Positions 1-8,937 of a stretch of DNA of 49,926 nt are shown here, one piece after another. The notes under the pieces were generated by a model that saw only the letters and a program-made list of their open reading frames with translations, ran no database searches and was not told the DNA's origin. The translations under genes and the position numbers were made by a program. The DNA comes from Candidatus Zixiibacteriota bacterium (lineage in GTDB: Bacteria > Zixibacteria > MSB-5A5 > WJJR01), in assembly GCA_036170655.1 (NCBI GenBank), contig JAVHPP010000049.1, forward strand, positions 1 to 49,926, given 5' to 3'. The number at the start of each line of letters is the position of its first letter. Position 1 is the first letter of the stretch.

Positions 1-714
1 CTGATCGCAGAGAATGACCCCTACGAATACAAGCTGCGGCGCAGGATTTTCCGGGCTCTTCGTCATCATTCCGCGCTCGCTCTCTTTCCGGATCGAGCCC
101 CTGAGTACGTCTGCTTGAAGGGAGAGACGGAGTTGAATCCGCATCTGCCCCGGGTCAGTCTGGGCGAGATACGAAAGGTGACGGGCTCTGGCCAAGCTGG
201 CGAGGCAGAATTGCAGGAATTACTGTTCGAGATCGTGAGTTCGTTGTCTCAACGCAGTGACCGATGCCGCGCCATCCCACTATGGGCGTTGTATGAGAGC
301 GTCGGCGAGTACGAACTGTCCCACGCGCTGGTCGAGTTTAAGCAACGCACGAGTGATCGATGCAGCAGCGATCAAGAGCTTGCAGCCGAAGTTCAAGAGG
401 CCACTGCGAAGAGCCTCGAAGGGATCAACAGCCTTCTCGCAAAGTATCTCCGCCTGCGGAGGCTGACCCAGAACGAGGTTGACAGGATGCGGACAGGCGT
501 CGAAACATATCTGAGGCACTTCGCGCTGCAGGGGGATGGAGTCCATCTGCCAAGTTGCCTCCAGGACAATTGGCCGGGCCTGACTGGCGAGATGTACAAG
601 ACCAAATATGCCAAAGTGTTTGAGTACGTCACATCGCTTGCGCGCGCCAAGTTCATGGCGTACTGGCAACATGACGAGAAAAATCTCGGCAAGAGCACGG
701 TGGACTCCCTATAG
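1..714 (+). CDS. 5'-truncated hypothetical protein, possibly an atypical sigma-factor-like regulator
   Basis: Frame 1 is open from base 1 (LIAENDPYEYKLRRRIFRAL...) to TAG at 712-714, so the gene starts outside the window. The protein looks helical and lies directly upstream of a zf-HC2 anti-sigma-like gene. The function is inferred from context only. Confidence 0.45.
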   Translation: MIAENDPYEYKLRRRIFRALRHHSALALFPDRAPEYVCLKGETELNPHLPRVSLGEIRKVTGSGQAGEAELQELLFEIVSSLSQRSDRCRAIPLWALYESVGEYELSHALVEFKQRTSDRCSSDQELAAEVQEATAKSLEGINSLLAKYLRLRRLTQNEVDRMRTGVETYLRHFALQGDGVHLPSCLQDNWPGLTGEMYKTKYAKVFEYVTSLARAKFMAYWQHDEKNLGKSTVDSL

Positions 715-732
715 GGGAGTGCGGAGACTCAG

Positions 733-1551
733 ATGGCTACGGAACACACTCAATGCCCACCGCGCCATTTGTGGGATAACTACGTCCTGAACCCGGTGAT
801 GACGGGCGCGGAGGGACTCGAACGCCACTTGCAGTCGTGCCCTTATTGCCGGGTCTTGCTGGCCGACCGCGAAGAGTACTACCAACGGCTGACCCGCTTG
901 GCTCAAGATGAGCCAGCAAGAGACGCCGGACCCGACTTTGTCCAGCTCTATCCCTCGTTTGTCACGGATTACGACAGCATTCCCGAGATTCGCCAGGTTG
1001 CGGCAGGGCCGGGGCAGATGACCACGCCGGATACATGGACGTTTCTGTCCGAAGATCGACGGTGGATGATCAAGGCGGTTCGCGATCCGGAAAGCGGACA
1101 TCACAAGCTATTCCTGCTGTCCGATTCCGGGGAGCAGGTCTCCGGCAGGCTGATCCGACTCTCTGGGATCGCGGAGTCTCACCTCACTGACGCAGAAGGA
1201 TGTGTTGATCTGGGGGGGGTCAAGTGGCCCCAGGAGCCATCCCCGCAAGTGACGGTTGTCATGCCTGCGGCGACGTTTACGCTCAACGCTGCCGATCAGC
1301 TCCTCGGTATGAGCGACGCGACCATGCTCCAATCACGATCCGGGGATACGATTCGCATCGCCGTGGAGTCTTCGAGCACCGGCTGCCGCCTGCTCTTGGA
1401 GGTAGTTGCTCTGTCAGCGCAATTGGCGGGACGTCCTCTTCATATTGTCGTATCGCCTTCGCTCAGACCGGTGCTCCAGCCGCTTGAACCGGTGCTCGTC
1501 ATCGACGATTTCCAGGTCCCTGGCCAGTTGGAGATACTCATGTTCCCGTGA
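733..1551 (+). CDS. zf-HC2 (ZAS-type anti-sigma-like zinc finger) domain protein with beta-rich C-terminal domains
   Basis: N-terminal C...HLQSCPYC (HxxxCxxC) motif; GGAG RBS upstream; C-terminal beta-strand pattern (e.g. LTDAEGCVDLG); no TM helix evident. Confidence 0.65.
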   Translation: MATEHTQCPPRHLWDNYVLNPVMTGAEGLERHLQSCPYCRVLLADREEYYQRLTRLAQDEPARDAGPDFVQLYPSFVTDYDSIPEIRQVAAGPGQMTTPDTWTFLSEDRRWMIKAVRDPESGHHKLFLLSDSGEQVSGRLIRLSGIAESHLTDAEGCVDLGGVKWPQEPSPQVTVVMPAATFTLNAADQLLGMSDATMLQSRSGDTIRIAVESSSTGCRLLLEVVALSAQLAGRPLHIVVSPSLRPVLQPLEPVLVIDDFQVPGQLEILMFP

Positions 1552-2159
1552 GCGATCTGTACACCATCGAGCAGGCGGCTCAGCGCCTGGAACTGAGGCT
1601 TCTGTCAGGGACCCCGGCGGAGGTCAAGGTTCTCTACGGGCTGGCTTTCCTGCGCCTGCTTCGGACCGCGACGAATCCATCCGCCACAAAGGCTTATCTC
1701 CTTCAGTTCGCTCGGCGGTTGGCGGATGCTGCACGCGTTGCGAAGCCCGCCGAGTTTCTCCCCGACGAACTTCGTGACACAGGCGAGCTCGCATCTTGGA
1801 TGGCAGAGCGAGGGGCGCCGCTGGAGTACGTTCAGGCTCTTGCAGATCTCAGCACGCGCGTTCGCGGGCACTTCGACAGCGTGCTCTCGGGGGCATCATC
1901 TTCTCGACCCCACGAACAGGCCGAAGTCTTCGGTCTCACCGTCGAATACTACACCGACGCGGTCTTGGACGTCCGGCGGTGGAGCGGGGTCCAGCACAAA
2001 CGCCTCCAAGGCTGTGGGAACCGGCGACGTCGGCTATTGGAAAATCAAACTGTCTCCGACAACCGGCGCACCCATTGGGGTCTACGATCACACGCCGTAT
2101 TCTATCCAGTTCCGATTTGTAGCAGACACGACCGGCACGATCACGGGTTACGTGCATGA
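1548..2159 (+). pseudogene. Hypothetical protein, apparently truncated at ~1962
   Basis: GTGA start/stop overlap with the upstream gene. Protein-like sequence runs to ...VEYYTDAVLDV, then becomes shadow-like where coding switches to another frame. Confidence 0.5.
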
Positions 2160-2811
2160 TGCTCAGAACGGGAATGATGGTCGGCTTCGTGGGGTGACGG
2201 TGACCGTCGATGGAACCTCACTTTCCGCGATCACCGATGCCACGGGATCATATCGGATTGACAATGCCCCAGCCGGTGCACGCACAGTTCGTGTTGACCG
2301 TGGTGTGACGAGTTGCTACCAGGTGGCAGCTGTGCCGGTCACAGTTCCTGCAGGTAGCAGCGTGGAGGCGGATATCCCGGTTTCCGTAAATACAGCCAAG
2401 GACATTGCGGAGCCGAACGACACGTGGGAGAGCGCGTCTACGTTGACTTCAGGGGCAACAGTCAATCCCTACCTCCGGTTTGTTCACTCTTTCTACAACT
2501 ACTACGGATACACTGACGACTTCCCGCAAGCGGATGAGGATACCTACTCCATCAGTGTCACTGGTCCAGGGACACTGAGGCTCGAGGTCAGCAATCTACC
2601 AGTCACGTGTCATTTCTATTTCCAGACACCCTCTGGGTATGGTTGGGGAGGGTCCTGGACGACCGGAGGCAGCGATGGCTCTGCCACGACCGCAACGAAG
2701 AGCGTGGGAACAGGAGATCTCGGCGTGTGGAAGGTCCGTATCGTCCCGGCCGGCGGTGTTGAAGGGACCTATGACACGACGCCATACACGATAAAGGTGA
2801 CGAGGCCGTGA
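1963..2811 (+). pseudogene. 3' fragment of an extracellular protein: partial PPC-like repeat, carboxypeptidase-regulatory-like domain, complete PPC-like repeat
   Basis: GTITGYVHDA...GVTVTVDGT...TDATGSYRI (CarboxypepD_reg-like); EPNDTWESA (PPC-like start); internal repeat SWTSGGGAGSSTNASKAVGTGDVGYWKI vs SWTTGGSDGSATTATKSVGTGDLGVWKV. No credible start codon or signal peptide. Confidence 0.6.
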
Positions 2812-2946
2812 ACAGCTGCCGGCAACACAGACTTGTCGAACCAGACAGGTCAAAGAAGATGGTCCTGTTGAAGTAGGGCTCGCAGGACCGTACGAGGGGG
2901 AACAACCCCGTCCCGCAAGTCACGCGGGGCGGGGTTCCCGTTTGAA

Positions 2947-3043
2947 TGTGGCGCAGGCGCCCTCGCCTGCGTTCGTTGCGAAGCGACGATCTGGGAGATG
3001 GCAGGCTTTGCCTGCCAACGCGGCCGGGGGCGGCCGCGCCACA
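2947..3043. repeat. Inverted REP-like doublet (REPIN-like)
   Basis: TGTGGCGCAGGCGCCCTCGCCTGCGT (2947-2972) and the reverse complement of 3018-3043 (TGTGGCGCGGCCGCCCCCGGCCGCGT) are each a GTGG tetranucleotide followed by a hairpin. Confidence 0.65.
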
Positions 3044-3127
3044 CATGAATCGCGTCTCGCAACGGAAAACAGAAGAGGGTCCTGCCTTTCGGCCGGACCC
3101 TCTTAGAAGCGAACGTGGCAATTTGGA

Positions 3128-4645
3128 TCAGACTCCCGTTTTGGCCAGTGCTTTCTCGATCGAACCCGCCAGTTTATCGCCACGGCAATCGTCGCCCATC
3201 GCCGCGAGGGAACCGTCACGTCCGATCAGGACAGGGCTGGGGATGCCGCGCACCAGATAGGCCTTCGGCAGCGGGCCATTCCAGTCTTTCTGGTCATAGA
3301 TGTGACGCCAGTTCATGCCCTTCTCGGTGATCCACTTGCGGTAGGCGTCGGTCGTTGTCTTATCGGCGTAGTCCAGAGAGATCGAAAGAACGTCGAAACC
3401 CTTGTCTTTGTACTTGCCGTAGGCGACGAGAAGGCCGGGCAGCTCACCACGGCACGGGCCGCACCAGGTCGCCCAGAAGTCGATGAGCACGACCTTGCCT
3501 TTGTACTGATCGAGCGAAACGGGCTTGTTGTCGATGTCGGTTCCCTCGATGGGGATTGGCCACAGCGACGCGACCATGTCGTTTTGGAAGAATGATCCCG
3601 CCACTTGCATTGCCGGCTCGTCGTTCTTGTATGTGTTGGCGAAGGTTCGCACCTTGGGCAGCACCTGCTCTTTGTTATCGCCGGCCGCGATCAGGTCGAG
3701 CATGATCTGCCATGCGGCCGCGGCGCCCTCAAACTTTGTTCCCGCCTGCACCTGCGCGAAATGCTCGCGGGCCGCGTGGGCGGCCGTGGCGAAGGCCGCA
3801 TCGGTCGCTTTTTCCGGATGGTCCGCGCAATACGCCGCCAATCCGGCACGGTAATGCGCTTCGCTGCGTCCTTCCGGACTGGGATTGGCGGCCAGATATG
3901 CGTCGACTTCCTTGATCACGCCATTGGCCAGCGGGCCCCAAGAATTGTAGATCGACTTGATCTTCGAAATCGCCCGCACGCGTTCGAGACCATAGTCGAA
4001 TGACGCATCACCCTTCTTCAGTTCGCGCAACGCCGCCAGTCTCTCCGCTTCAAAGTTCATGAGGGCGGCTGTGTACTGCCAGCCGTACCAGGCGGCCCGA
4101 TTTTTCCGGAAGACCTGCAGTTGCGTCGTGGCCCATTGATCCAGACTGTCGGCATTGGCAAACGACGGGACGGCGTGCACGTCCGGGATGCCGTTGGCAA
4201 ACGATCCCTCCCGGTCCTTCTGTGTCTTCTTCGCCCGTTCCATCAAGGCTGCGAATCGCTGATCGCTCTGAAGCGATGCCAGATCGCCATCATTTTTCAA
4301 TTGATCTGGATCATCCCAGCCCTTTTCGACCGCCTTGGTCAGCCATTCGATGCCCTTGTCGATCTGGTTGTGACGGCCGTAAGCGCAGGCGGCATTGTAC
4401 TCAGCCCATTTGCCCGTCGGAATGATCTGGCCCTGGTGGGCGAATGCGGCGACCGCGTCATCAACCTTTCCCGCATCGAGCAACTGGTAGCCAGAATCGC
4501 TGGCGGCGTTGTACTGGTCAATCAGTGCGGCATCAAACGGTGTCACAGAACTCTCCGAAACGTTCTCGGTGGTGGTCTTCTGGGCGCAGCCGAATGACCA
4601 CAGCGTCAGTCCGGAGAGAGTGAGGCAGAGCAGCAAGTGTTTCAT
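3128..4645 (-). CDS. TlpA/ResA-family thiol-disulfide oxidoreductase lipoprotein with N-terminal TPR-like region
   Basis: FWATWCGPC thioredoxin motif and GIP cis-Pro loop; lipobox-like SFGC after a hydrophobic signal; YNAACAY TPR-like motif; GGAGG RBS before the ATG at 4645. Confidence 0.85.
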   Translation of the reverse strand: MKHLLLCLTLSGLTLWSFGCAQKTTTENVSESSVTPFDAALIDQYNAASDSGYQLLDAGKVDDAVAAFAHQGQIIPTGKWAEYNAACAYGRHNQIDKGIEWLTKAVEKGWDDPDQLKNDGDLASLQSDQRFAALMERAKKTQKDREGSFANGIPDVHAVPSFANADSLDQWATTQLQVFRKNRAAWYGWQYTAALMNFEAERLAALRELKKGDASFDYGLERVRAISKIKSIYNSWGPLANGVIKEVDAYLAANPSPEGRSEAHYRAGLAAYCADHPEKATDAAFATAAHAAREHFAQVQAGTKFEGAAAAWQIMLDLIAAGDNKEQVLPKVRTFANTYKNDEPAMQVAGSFFQNDMVASLWPIPIEGTDIDNKPVSLDQYKGKVVLIDFWATWCGPCRGELPGLLVAYGKYKDKGFDVLSISLDYADKTTTDAYRKWITEKGMNWRHIYDQKDWNGPLPKAYLVRGIPSPVLIGRDGSLAAMGDDCRGDKLAGSIEKALAKTGV

Positions 4646-4690
4646 TATGATTCCTCCCAAGGGTTCGTTAGACCAAAGATCGTTCACATC

Positions 4691-6178
4691 TCAGTCGATC
4701 CGCAAGGGATTCTTCCAGCGAAATCGGTTTGCGCCCTTGGTTGTTCCAATCCACAAGTAGTCGCCATCAACCACGATCCGCTGGACGAACATGTCGAGCA
4801 GTCCGTCGTCCGTGGTGATCATGCGTCGTTCATGTGTCTGCGGATTCAGGCGCAGGAGCCCGCTGGGTGTCGCCGCCCAGACAATCCCCTCCGTGACTGC
4901 CAGATCAAAGATGTTCTCGTCTGGCAACAGCGACGGACTTTCGAAAACCTCAACCGGGTTGCGTCCGGTCAAATCGATGATGGCGATGCCGCGATCGGAT
5001 CCGGCGTAGAGATATTTGTCGTCATGCGCGAGGGTGCGCACACGGCCTGCCAGCGGTCCTTCGGCAGTGTAGTACCGGCGCCATTCCGCCACCGGTTTGG
5101 CGAGGCGGTACAATCCCCGGTCGGTGGCCAGCCAGATGATATCGCCGATCACATTGATGTCATAAATCCGCGCGTTACTCAGCGTCTCGGTCGAGGCGTG
5201 GAAGATTGAATCATTGGGCAGATACAAACCATCGATCCCGATCTCAGTTCCGATCCAGAGGATGTCGCCGTCAAGCCCCAGTGCGTAAACACGTTCATCG
5301 GTCAACCCGCTGCGATGCCCGTAAGTCTGGAATGTCTGGTTGTGACGGTCGAATCGGACGACCCCGCGATCGGTCGCCAGCCAGAGGTACGGACTGCCGG
5401 GCTGGCCGACGATGCGTGAGACGTTGTCCGAGGCAAAGCCTTCGATGTAACGCGCCTCATAGTATTGCCAGCTTCCGGCGGCAGTGTCATAGGTCGAAAA
5501 TCCATTGCCGCCATCATAGTAGTTGGGACCGCCGAAGAAGATCATCGATGAATCGAGGAAGATCGCCTCGACGTCGCTTTGAAACAACCCCCAGCGTTGC
5601 GGTGTGATCTGATACGATCCCGGCGTGACCGTCCACACAAATTGTCCCCATGTGCCGATCCACTTTGTCCCCCAGTCATCTTCAACCATCCCACGGATCT
5701 CATACGAACGCATCTGCGGGTCGTTCAGTACGCCGGGCGTGAGCGCATTGTAGCCGGGGGGCAGCATCAGAGTCGTCAGATCCGGGCGCTGCCAGGGCTG
5801 CTGCAGCGTGTCCGGGAACGATGTGGCATCGCTCCATTCCTTCAGGATGGGACGCCAGACCGAAACGCCGAGCGGAGTATCGGCATAGAGCTCGTCGGTC
5901 ATCGGATCATAGGCGAGGCGGCGCACGCTATTGGCGCGCAATCCCTCTGCCGTCGTCAGCGCCGGCAACCAGCGATCGCTATGCCGGTCGTAACGGGCAA
6001 CTCCGCCCCGTGTGCCGAAGTAGACGAAATCGGGCGTTACGGCCGCCGCGTGCACATAGCGCACTGAGGTGTAGGCAGCCCAGTCGCCAGGAAAGTACCG
6101 GGGATTCATGCTGGCCCACCCTGGATGACCAACGCCGAGCGCCATTCCCATCGCGGCCATGAACGCGATCTTTCTCAT
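4691..6178 (-). CDS. Secreted beta-propeller repeat protein (two-component-regulator-propeller-like)
   Basis: Signal peptide; repeated W(L/I)(A/G)TxxG(L/V)xR(F/Y)D blades and GLxxxxV motifs. Confidence 0.75.
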   Translation of the reverse strand: MRKIAFMAAMGMALGVGHPGWASMNPRYFPGDWAAYTSVRYVHAAAVTPDFVYFGTRGGVARYDRHSDRWLPALTTAEGLRANSVRRLAYDPMTDELYADTPLGVSVWRPILKEWSDATSFPDTLQQPWQRPDLTTLMLPPGYNALTPGVLNDPQMRSYEIRGMVEDDWGTKWIGTWGQFVWTVTPGSYQITPQRWGLFQSDVEAIFLDSSMIFFGGPNYYDGGNGFSTYDTAAGSWQYYEARYIEGFASDNVSRIVGQPGSPYLWLATDRGVVRFDRHNQTFQTYGHRSGLTDERVYALGLDGDILWIGTEIGIDGLYLPNDSIFHASTETLSNARIYDINVIGDIIWLATDRGLYRLAKPVAEWRRYYTAEGPLAGRVRTLAHDDKYLYAGSDRGIAIIDLTGRNPVEVFESPSLLPDENIFDLAVTEGIVWAATPSGLLRLNPQTHERRMITTDDGLLDMFVQRIVVDGDYLWIGTTKGANRFRWKNPLRID

Positions 6179-7356
6179 AACGTCGCCTCGAATTGTCTGA
6201 TGCCATGAACCAGCGTATCGATGTCATCTTCAGAGTTGTAGAAGTGCGGAGCGACCCGGATACGATTCTCACGCAACGCTGTGTGTATGTGCTGCTCGCG
6301 GAGTTGGCTGTGAAGCTCCGAAGTCCGAGGGCCTTCCAGAACCATGATGCCGGAGCGGTTTCCTTCGTCGGAGAACACAACGGGGCGATACGCGGAATCC
6401 GTCAGATGGCTCGCCAGTCGCTCCCGCAGAGTTTGGACATTCTGCCAGACCTGCTGCTTTCCACATTCCTCAAGCACGGCGAGGCCTGTCTCTGCGAACC
6501 GGATGGAGAAGAATGGGTATGTGCCGACTTCCCAGCGGCGGCCGTCTTCGTATTCACGCTGTTCCCAGTTCTTGAGATTTCCGAAGCGATACCCCCAGTC
6601 AACACCCAGCCAGCCCGACTGCAGCGGCTCGACAGAACGGATAGGATTCGGCGCAATGTAGAAGAACCCCGATCCCGTCTGCCCGAATAGCCATTTCTGC
6701 GCCCCGCACGCTAGCGCATCGACACCGGTCTCATGGACATCGAGAGGTACCGCACCCACACCTTGGATGCCGTCTGCCAGAACGAAGCACCTTTTCTCAT
6801 GGCAGATTCGGACGATTTCCGAGAGGTCGTAGCGGTATCCATTGAAGTATTGTACCCACGATAAGGCGAGGACAGACGCCGGCCGGGACAATGCTCGCTC
6901 GAGCGTTCCAGCCGTAAGAAAGCCATTTGGGCAGGGGAGAGATTCGAATTCAAGCCCCAACTGGCGGCTTATGCCCTTGACCGCATAGACGAGCGCCGGG
7001 AACTCCACCTCCGGCAGGAGAATCCGTTCTCCCCTCTGGAGGTTCAGCCCCCAGAGCACAGCGTTGATTCCATACGATGTGTTGGGCGCGAACGCGACAC
7101 GCGTGGGATCAGCATCAATCAGACGCGCAAATCGGCTCTTGGCGCTTTCGAGCATCGCGAATGTCTCATCATCGACATCTGCACCGGGCGTCAAGCGTCC
7201 CCATCGTTGCATGAGCGATTCAACTGCCAGACGTCCGCGTTTGGTGACCGGGCCGAACGCGGCGTGATTCAGGAATACATGGCCTGGATCAAACTCAAAC
7301 TCAGCTTTCCAGTCGCGTGTACCCGAAAGAAGAGGCATCTGATGTCCTTTGTTCAT
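6175..7356 (-). CDS. PLP-dependent aminotransferase class V (cysteine desulfurase/selenocysteine lyase-like)
   Basis: FLNHAAFGP, DGIQGVG, CGAQKWLFG (PLP Lys), RVAPHFYN motifs. Confidence 0.85.
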   Translation of the reverse strand: MNKGHQMPLLSGTRDWKAEFEFDPGHVFLNHAAFGPVTKRGRLAVESLMQRWGRLTPGADVDDETFAMLESAKSRFARLIDADPTRVAFAPNTSYGINAVLWGLNLQRGERILLPEVEFPALVYAVKGISRQLGLEFESLPCPNGFLTAGTLERALSRPASVLALSWVQYFNGYRYDLSEIVRICHEKRCFVLADGIQGVGAVPLDVHETGVDALACGAQKWLFGQTGSGFFYIAPNPIRSVEPLQSGWLGVDWGYRFGNLKNWEQREYEDGRRWEVGTYPFFSIRFAETGLAVLEECGKQQVWQNVQTLRERLASHLTDSAYRPVVFSDEGNRSGIMVLEGPRTSELHSQLREQHIHTALRENRIRVAPHFYNSEDDIDTLVHGIRQFEATL

Positions 7357-7745
7357 ACAGCGATCAGCCAGCCGATGAGAGTTAGCGCCCCGCCGAGACG
7401 GAGCAAATCAACGAGCAACAGCCAGAAGGTGCGGTCCCAGCCGCGTTGCGCGCCCTCGAAGAGTCGCGCCGGAATTAAACCAAAGAGATACCCGGCGACC
7501 GCCACGGCCAGCCCCGCTTTGGCTCCGGTGAAAGGGATCATCGGCTGAATAATGCTCAGCACGAGCGTCGGCAAGAGCGCGAGGAAGATCAGATTTCCCA
7601 ACAGGATGGTCGGAAGTTCTGCCCACAGCAGCAGGTGCGGCTTCAAAGCATCGTCGGCGAACCATCGCCTTTCGCCCCAGCGGCCCAGCATGGTCACTGC
7701 GGTGCCGCAGAGCCACGGAGGGATGATTCTCAGCAAGTTGTCCAC
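7353..7745 (-). CDS. Small integral membrane protein (~4 TM)
   Basis: AGGAG RBS then in-frame GTG at 7745; hydrophobic segments; stop overlaps the next start (ATGA). Confidence 0.65.
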   Translation of the reverse strand: MDNLLRIIPPWLCGTAVTMLGRWGERRWFADDALKPHLLLWAELPTILLGNLIFLALLPTLVLSIIQPMIPFTGAKAGLAVAVAGYLFGLIPARLFEGAQRGWDRTFWLLLVDLLRLGGALTLIGWLIAV

Positions 7746-7767
7746 GACATGCTCCTGCGTGGCTTGT

Positions 7768-8763
7768 CTACAGCCACCCCTGTTCCCGATACCACTGGAC
7801 CGTTTGGATGGCGCCCTGAGCGAACGGTATGTTCGAGCGGTATCCAAGCATTGCTTTCGCTTTCTCCACAGAGCAGGTCCAGTCATTCTGACTAAAATCG
7901 CGTGCTTTATGCCGGTTGAGTTTTGGTGTAAATCCTCCGGCTTTTCCCGCCAATTCCGCGATTGCAGCGATGGTCATGAGCGCCGGTCGGGGGATGCGCA
8001 CGCGCACTGCCCAAGTTCCCAGCGCCTGTTGGATCATGTCTTCCACCGTCGCCAAATCGTAGTGGGCATCTTCAGCGATGTAGAAGACTTCACCCGTTGC
8101 TCTGGCAACAGATGCGGCCAGCAGGATGCCGTCGACGAGATCCGAGACATGCACCAGTGACAACCGTGCCGGGTGATTGGAGAACACCGGCTTGAGATGC
8201 CACTTCACGGCCTGAAAGAAACCGAGGACTTCTGTGTCGCCCGGACCATAAACCGCCGGTGGTCGGACAACGGTGATGGGCAGATGCGCGGCGCGCTCGC
8301 GCACCGCCAGTTCCCCTTCGAGCTTGCTGACACCATAGGGCGTCAAAGGGCGGTCCGGATCCGTCTCCGTGCGTGGTTGTCCGCTCGTGGCAGGCCCGCC
8401 TGCCGCCATCGATGACACATGAACGAATCGTTCGAGCCCAGCGGCCGACTCTGACGCCGCATCCAGCAGGTTGATGGTGCCGGCGACATTGGCCTGACGG
8501 TATGCCGCCAGATCAGGGGCCTTCACCCGCCCGGCTACATGGATGACCCATTGGGCGCCGCGACACCCGCGTGCCAGCGCTGCGCGGTCATTCAGATCGC
8601 CTTCAATCCACTCCAAAGCAAGATCATTCACACGTGATCGGTCAGCCATCCGTCGAACCAGCGCCCGCACATGGTGGCCGCGCTTGGCGAGGGCGTGCGC
8701 GAGATGCGACCCGACAAAACCGTTGGCGCCGGTCATAAATACCAATGGCGGAGCCAGCGTCAT
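7768..8763 (-). CDS. NAD(P)-dependent epimerase/dehydratase (extended SDR, 3-beta-HSD-like)
   Basis: TGANGFVG Rossmann motif, SS and YGVSK catalytic motifs, RPPAVYGP. Confidence 0.88.
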   Translation of the reverse strand: MTLAPPLVFMTGANGFVGSHLAHALAKRGHHVRALVRRMADRSRVNDLALEWIEGDLNDRAALARGCRGAQWVIHVAGRVKAPDLAAYRQANVAGTINLLDAASESAAGLERFVHVSSMAAGGPATSGQPRTETDPDRPLTPYGVSKLEGELAVRERAAHLPITVVRPPAVYGPGDTEVLGFFQAVKWHLKPVFSNHPARLSLVHVSDLVDGILLAASVARATGEVFYIAEDAHYDLATVEDMIQQALGTWAVRVRIPRPALMTIAAIAELAGKAGGFTPKLNRHKARDFSQNDWTCSVEKAKAMLGYRSNIPFAQGAIQTVQWYREQGWL

Positions 8764-8937
8764 TTGATCTCCGGGACGATGGCGTAACCTGCCAAAACAG
8801 GCTTGACAGTCGGGACAGTGATCAGTTGCTTAGTGAGGATTTTTGTTCCCCCTGGGGACGATCCAACGCATTTTGCTGACGCAGTCGGGTGGCACAAAGC
8901 CGCCATGAACTGCGTGAACGGGTCAATCAAGCGACGG

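Noticed and set aside
1726-1962. N-terminal part of the 361-aa ORF as a real protein start
   Set aside because: It overlaps the credible ORF 1548, has shadow-like composition and no signal peptide or RBS; domain similarity begins only at 1963.
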